NCBI GenBank assembly: GCA_965203055.1
Contig: OZ241863.1
Span: forward strand, 1,984,001-2,048,000
Direction: 5' to 3'
Length of the DNA: 64,000 bases
From: Spirochaetia bacterium
GTDB lineage: Bacteria > Spirochaetota > Spirochaetia > SZUA-6 > Bin103
In this document: positions 62,626-64,000 of the stretch, piece after piece
Layout: each line of letters opens with the position of its first letter
Numbering within the stretch: the first letter of the stretch is position 1
Translations under genes and position numbers: made by a program
The notes under the pieces: generated by a model
Databases searched by the model: none
Told to the model about the DNA's origin: nothing
Seen by the model: the letters and a program-made list of their open reading frames with translations, nothing else

Positions 62626-63824
62626 GGCGCGCCCTCCCGATCTCCGTCCCGGAGCGCCGGCGCTTGCGCGGGGCGAGCACCCTCCCGGGCGCCTTCCCGA
62701 AGCGCCGGCGCGGGCTCGGGGCGAGTACTCGGCCGCGCGGCGGCCGCGCGGGAGCCGCCGCCGCGCAACCGCAATCGCGGCAGCGCCAGCCGCGGCAGGG
62801 CCAGCCGCTCCGGCAGCACCAGGGCGGCGGCCAGGAACAGCAGCGCGAGCGCGACGAAGGTCTGGAACCGTTCCCGTACCAGCTCCACCGCCGCGGTATC
62901 CAGGAGCCGGCCCGGGGCGGAGGCGACCAGCTCCAGGTAGAGCCGCCCGAGATCGACGTTGCCGGTCGCGACGTGAATGTAGCGCCCGCCGGGAGTGGCG
63001 CCGGCCATGGCGCGCAGCAGGTCCGCATCCAGCTTGCTGAGGACCAGCTCCCCGTCATGTTCGACGAACGCCGGCTCCGCGCCCGGCGCGGCCGGCGCCA
63101 GGGGAATCGGCTGGCCGATGCCGTCGTCTCCCAACCCGACGGCCAGCAGGCGCACGCCGCGCTGGCCGAGGTCCTCCGCCGCGGCCACCGGGAGGCTGTC
63201 GTGATCACCGCCGTCGGTAATCAGCAACAGGTCCTTGAAGTCGGCGGTCCGGTCGTCGAATACCTGATCGCGGACCGCCCGCAGGGCATCCCCGATCAGC
63301 GAGCCGCCGCGCGCCACGCTGGTGACGGACAGTTGCTGCACCGCGAGGCGGAAGAACCCGTAGTCGAAGGTAAGCGGGCACTTGACCACCGCGCTGCCGG
63401 CGAACGCCACCAGCGCCACGCGGTCGCCGGACAGTTGCTCGAGCGTATCGAGAATCGCGAACTTGGCGCGTTCCAGGCGATTGGGGGCCAGATCCTCTGC
63501 CAACATGCTGCGCGACACGTCGACCACGAACACCACGTCGCGCCCGCGGCGCTGCACCGCGGTGGTCTGCGACTCCCACCCCGGGCGCGCGGCGGCCACC
63601 ACCGCGGCCGCGAACCCCAGCAGCGTGAGCGCCGCCAGCAGCGGCCGCAGGTTGGCGGCGGAGTCGGCCGCGGCCGGGGTGGCGCAAAAGCGCCGCGCGG
63701 CGCGGCGGCGCGCGCGCCCGGCCAGCAGCCACGCCGCCGCCGCCGGCAGCAGCAGCCACAGCAACAGGAACGCCTCCGGATGGACGAAGCGGAGGCCGAT
63801 CTCTCCCGGAACCGCCGGCATCAC
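62622..63824 (-). CDS. batB: BatB-like VWA protein
   Basis: DVSRSMLAEDLAPNRL (MIDAS), CPLTFDY, ITDGGD. Confidence 0.82.
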   Translation of the reverse strand: MMPAVPGEIGLRFVHPEAFLLLWLLLPAAAAWLLAGRARRRAARRFCATPAAADSAANLRPLLAALTLLGFAAAVVAAARPGWESQTTAVQRRGRDVVFVVDVSRSMLAEDLAPNRLERAKFAILDTLEQLSGDRVALVAFAGSAVVKCPLTFDYGFFRLAVQQLSVTSVARGGSLIGDALRAVRDQVFDDRTADFKDLLLITDGGDHDSLPVAAAEDLGQRGVRLLAVGLGDDGIGQPIPLAPAAPGAEPAFVEHDGELVLSKLDADLLRAMAGATPGGRYIHVATGNVDLGRLYLELVASAPGRLLDTAAVELVRERFQTFVALALLFLAAALVLPERLALPRLALPRLRLRGGGSRAAAARPSTRPEPAPALREGAREGARPAQAPALRDGDREGAP

Positions 63825-64000
63825 GGACTGCGCCGCAACAGGGTGGCGTTGAGCAGCGCGGCGCCCGCAATCGCCAGCGCCGCGGCCAACGCCAGCGGGA
63901 CGAATCGCTCGCGATAGCTCAGGTAGCGCACCGCCCCGATCTCGCTGCGTTCCAGTTGATCTATTTCTCGGTAGACGGCGCGCAACGCCGCGGCGTCGCC
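63821..64000 (-). CDS. batA: C-terminus of a BatA-like VWA protein (partial)
   Basis: LRAVYREIDQLERSEI..YRERF..LLNATLLRRSP*. Confidence 0.75.
   Translation of the reverse strand, partial: GDAAALRAVYREIDQLERSEIGAVRYLSYRERFVPLALAAALAIAGAALLNATLLRRSP

Noticed and set aside
62560..62735. Short imperfect repeats at the batB/batC junction
   Set aside because: Low-complexity coding tail duplications; no element ends or regular spacers

Overview
Very GC-rich bacterial chromosome segment. The gene mix (BMP and sugar ABC transporters, sulfatase, FG-GAP, Rpn/Uma2 nucleases, TPR-ATPases) is reminiscent of sponge-symbiont genomes, possibly Spirochaetota; this is inference only. Left flank (1-11.6 kb): a GSGY-repeat lipoprotein split at a G16 tract, an oxidoreductase, moeA, an FG-GAP protein and a nucleoside ABC operon. 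An HNH nuclease cassette follows (11.7-13.2 kb), bracketed by a 13-bp direct repeat and carrying an intragenic array of 14-bp palindromes. The centre (14.8-46.1 kb) is a decaying defence island. Its DISARM-like backbone is a DrmD-type SNF2 helicase, a methyltransferase with its core deleted and a piece inverted, and a DEAD-DUF1998-nuclease-S24 fusion. The backbone encloses MNT, AlbA, Rpn/RpnS, Uma2, ATPase-TPR and sacsin-like genes, plus a prokaryotic E2 gene split by an IS21 element that itself holds a nested three-gene Mu-type transposon with a 5-bp TSD. Right flank: alpha-2-macroglobulin (frameshifted), sugar ABC genes, sulfatase, metallophosphoesterase and a bat (VWA/TPR) operon. No rRNA, tRNA or canonical CRISPR array was recognised. 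All family calls come from motif recognition, not database searches.
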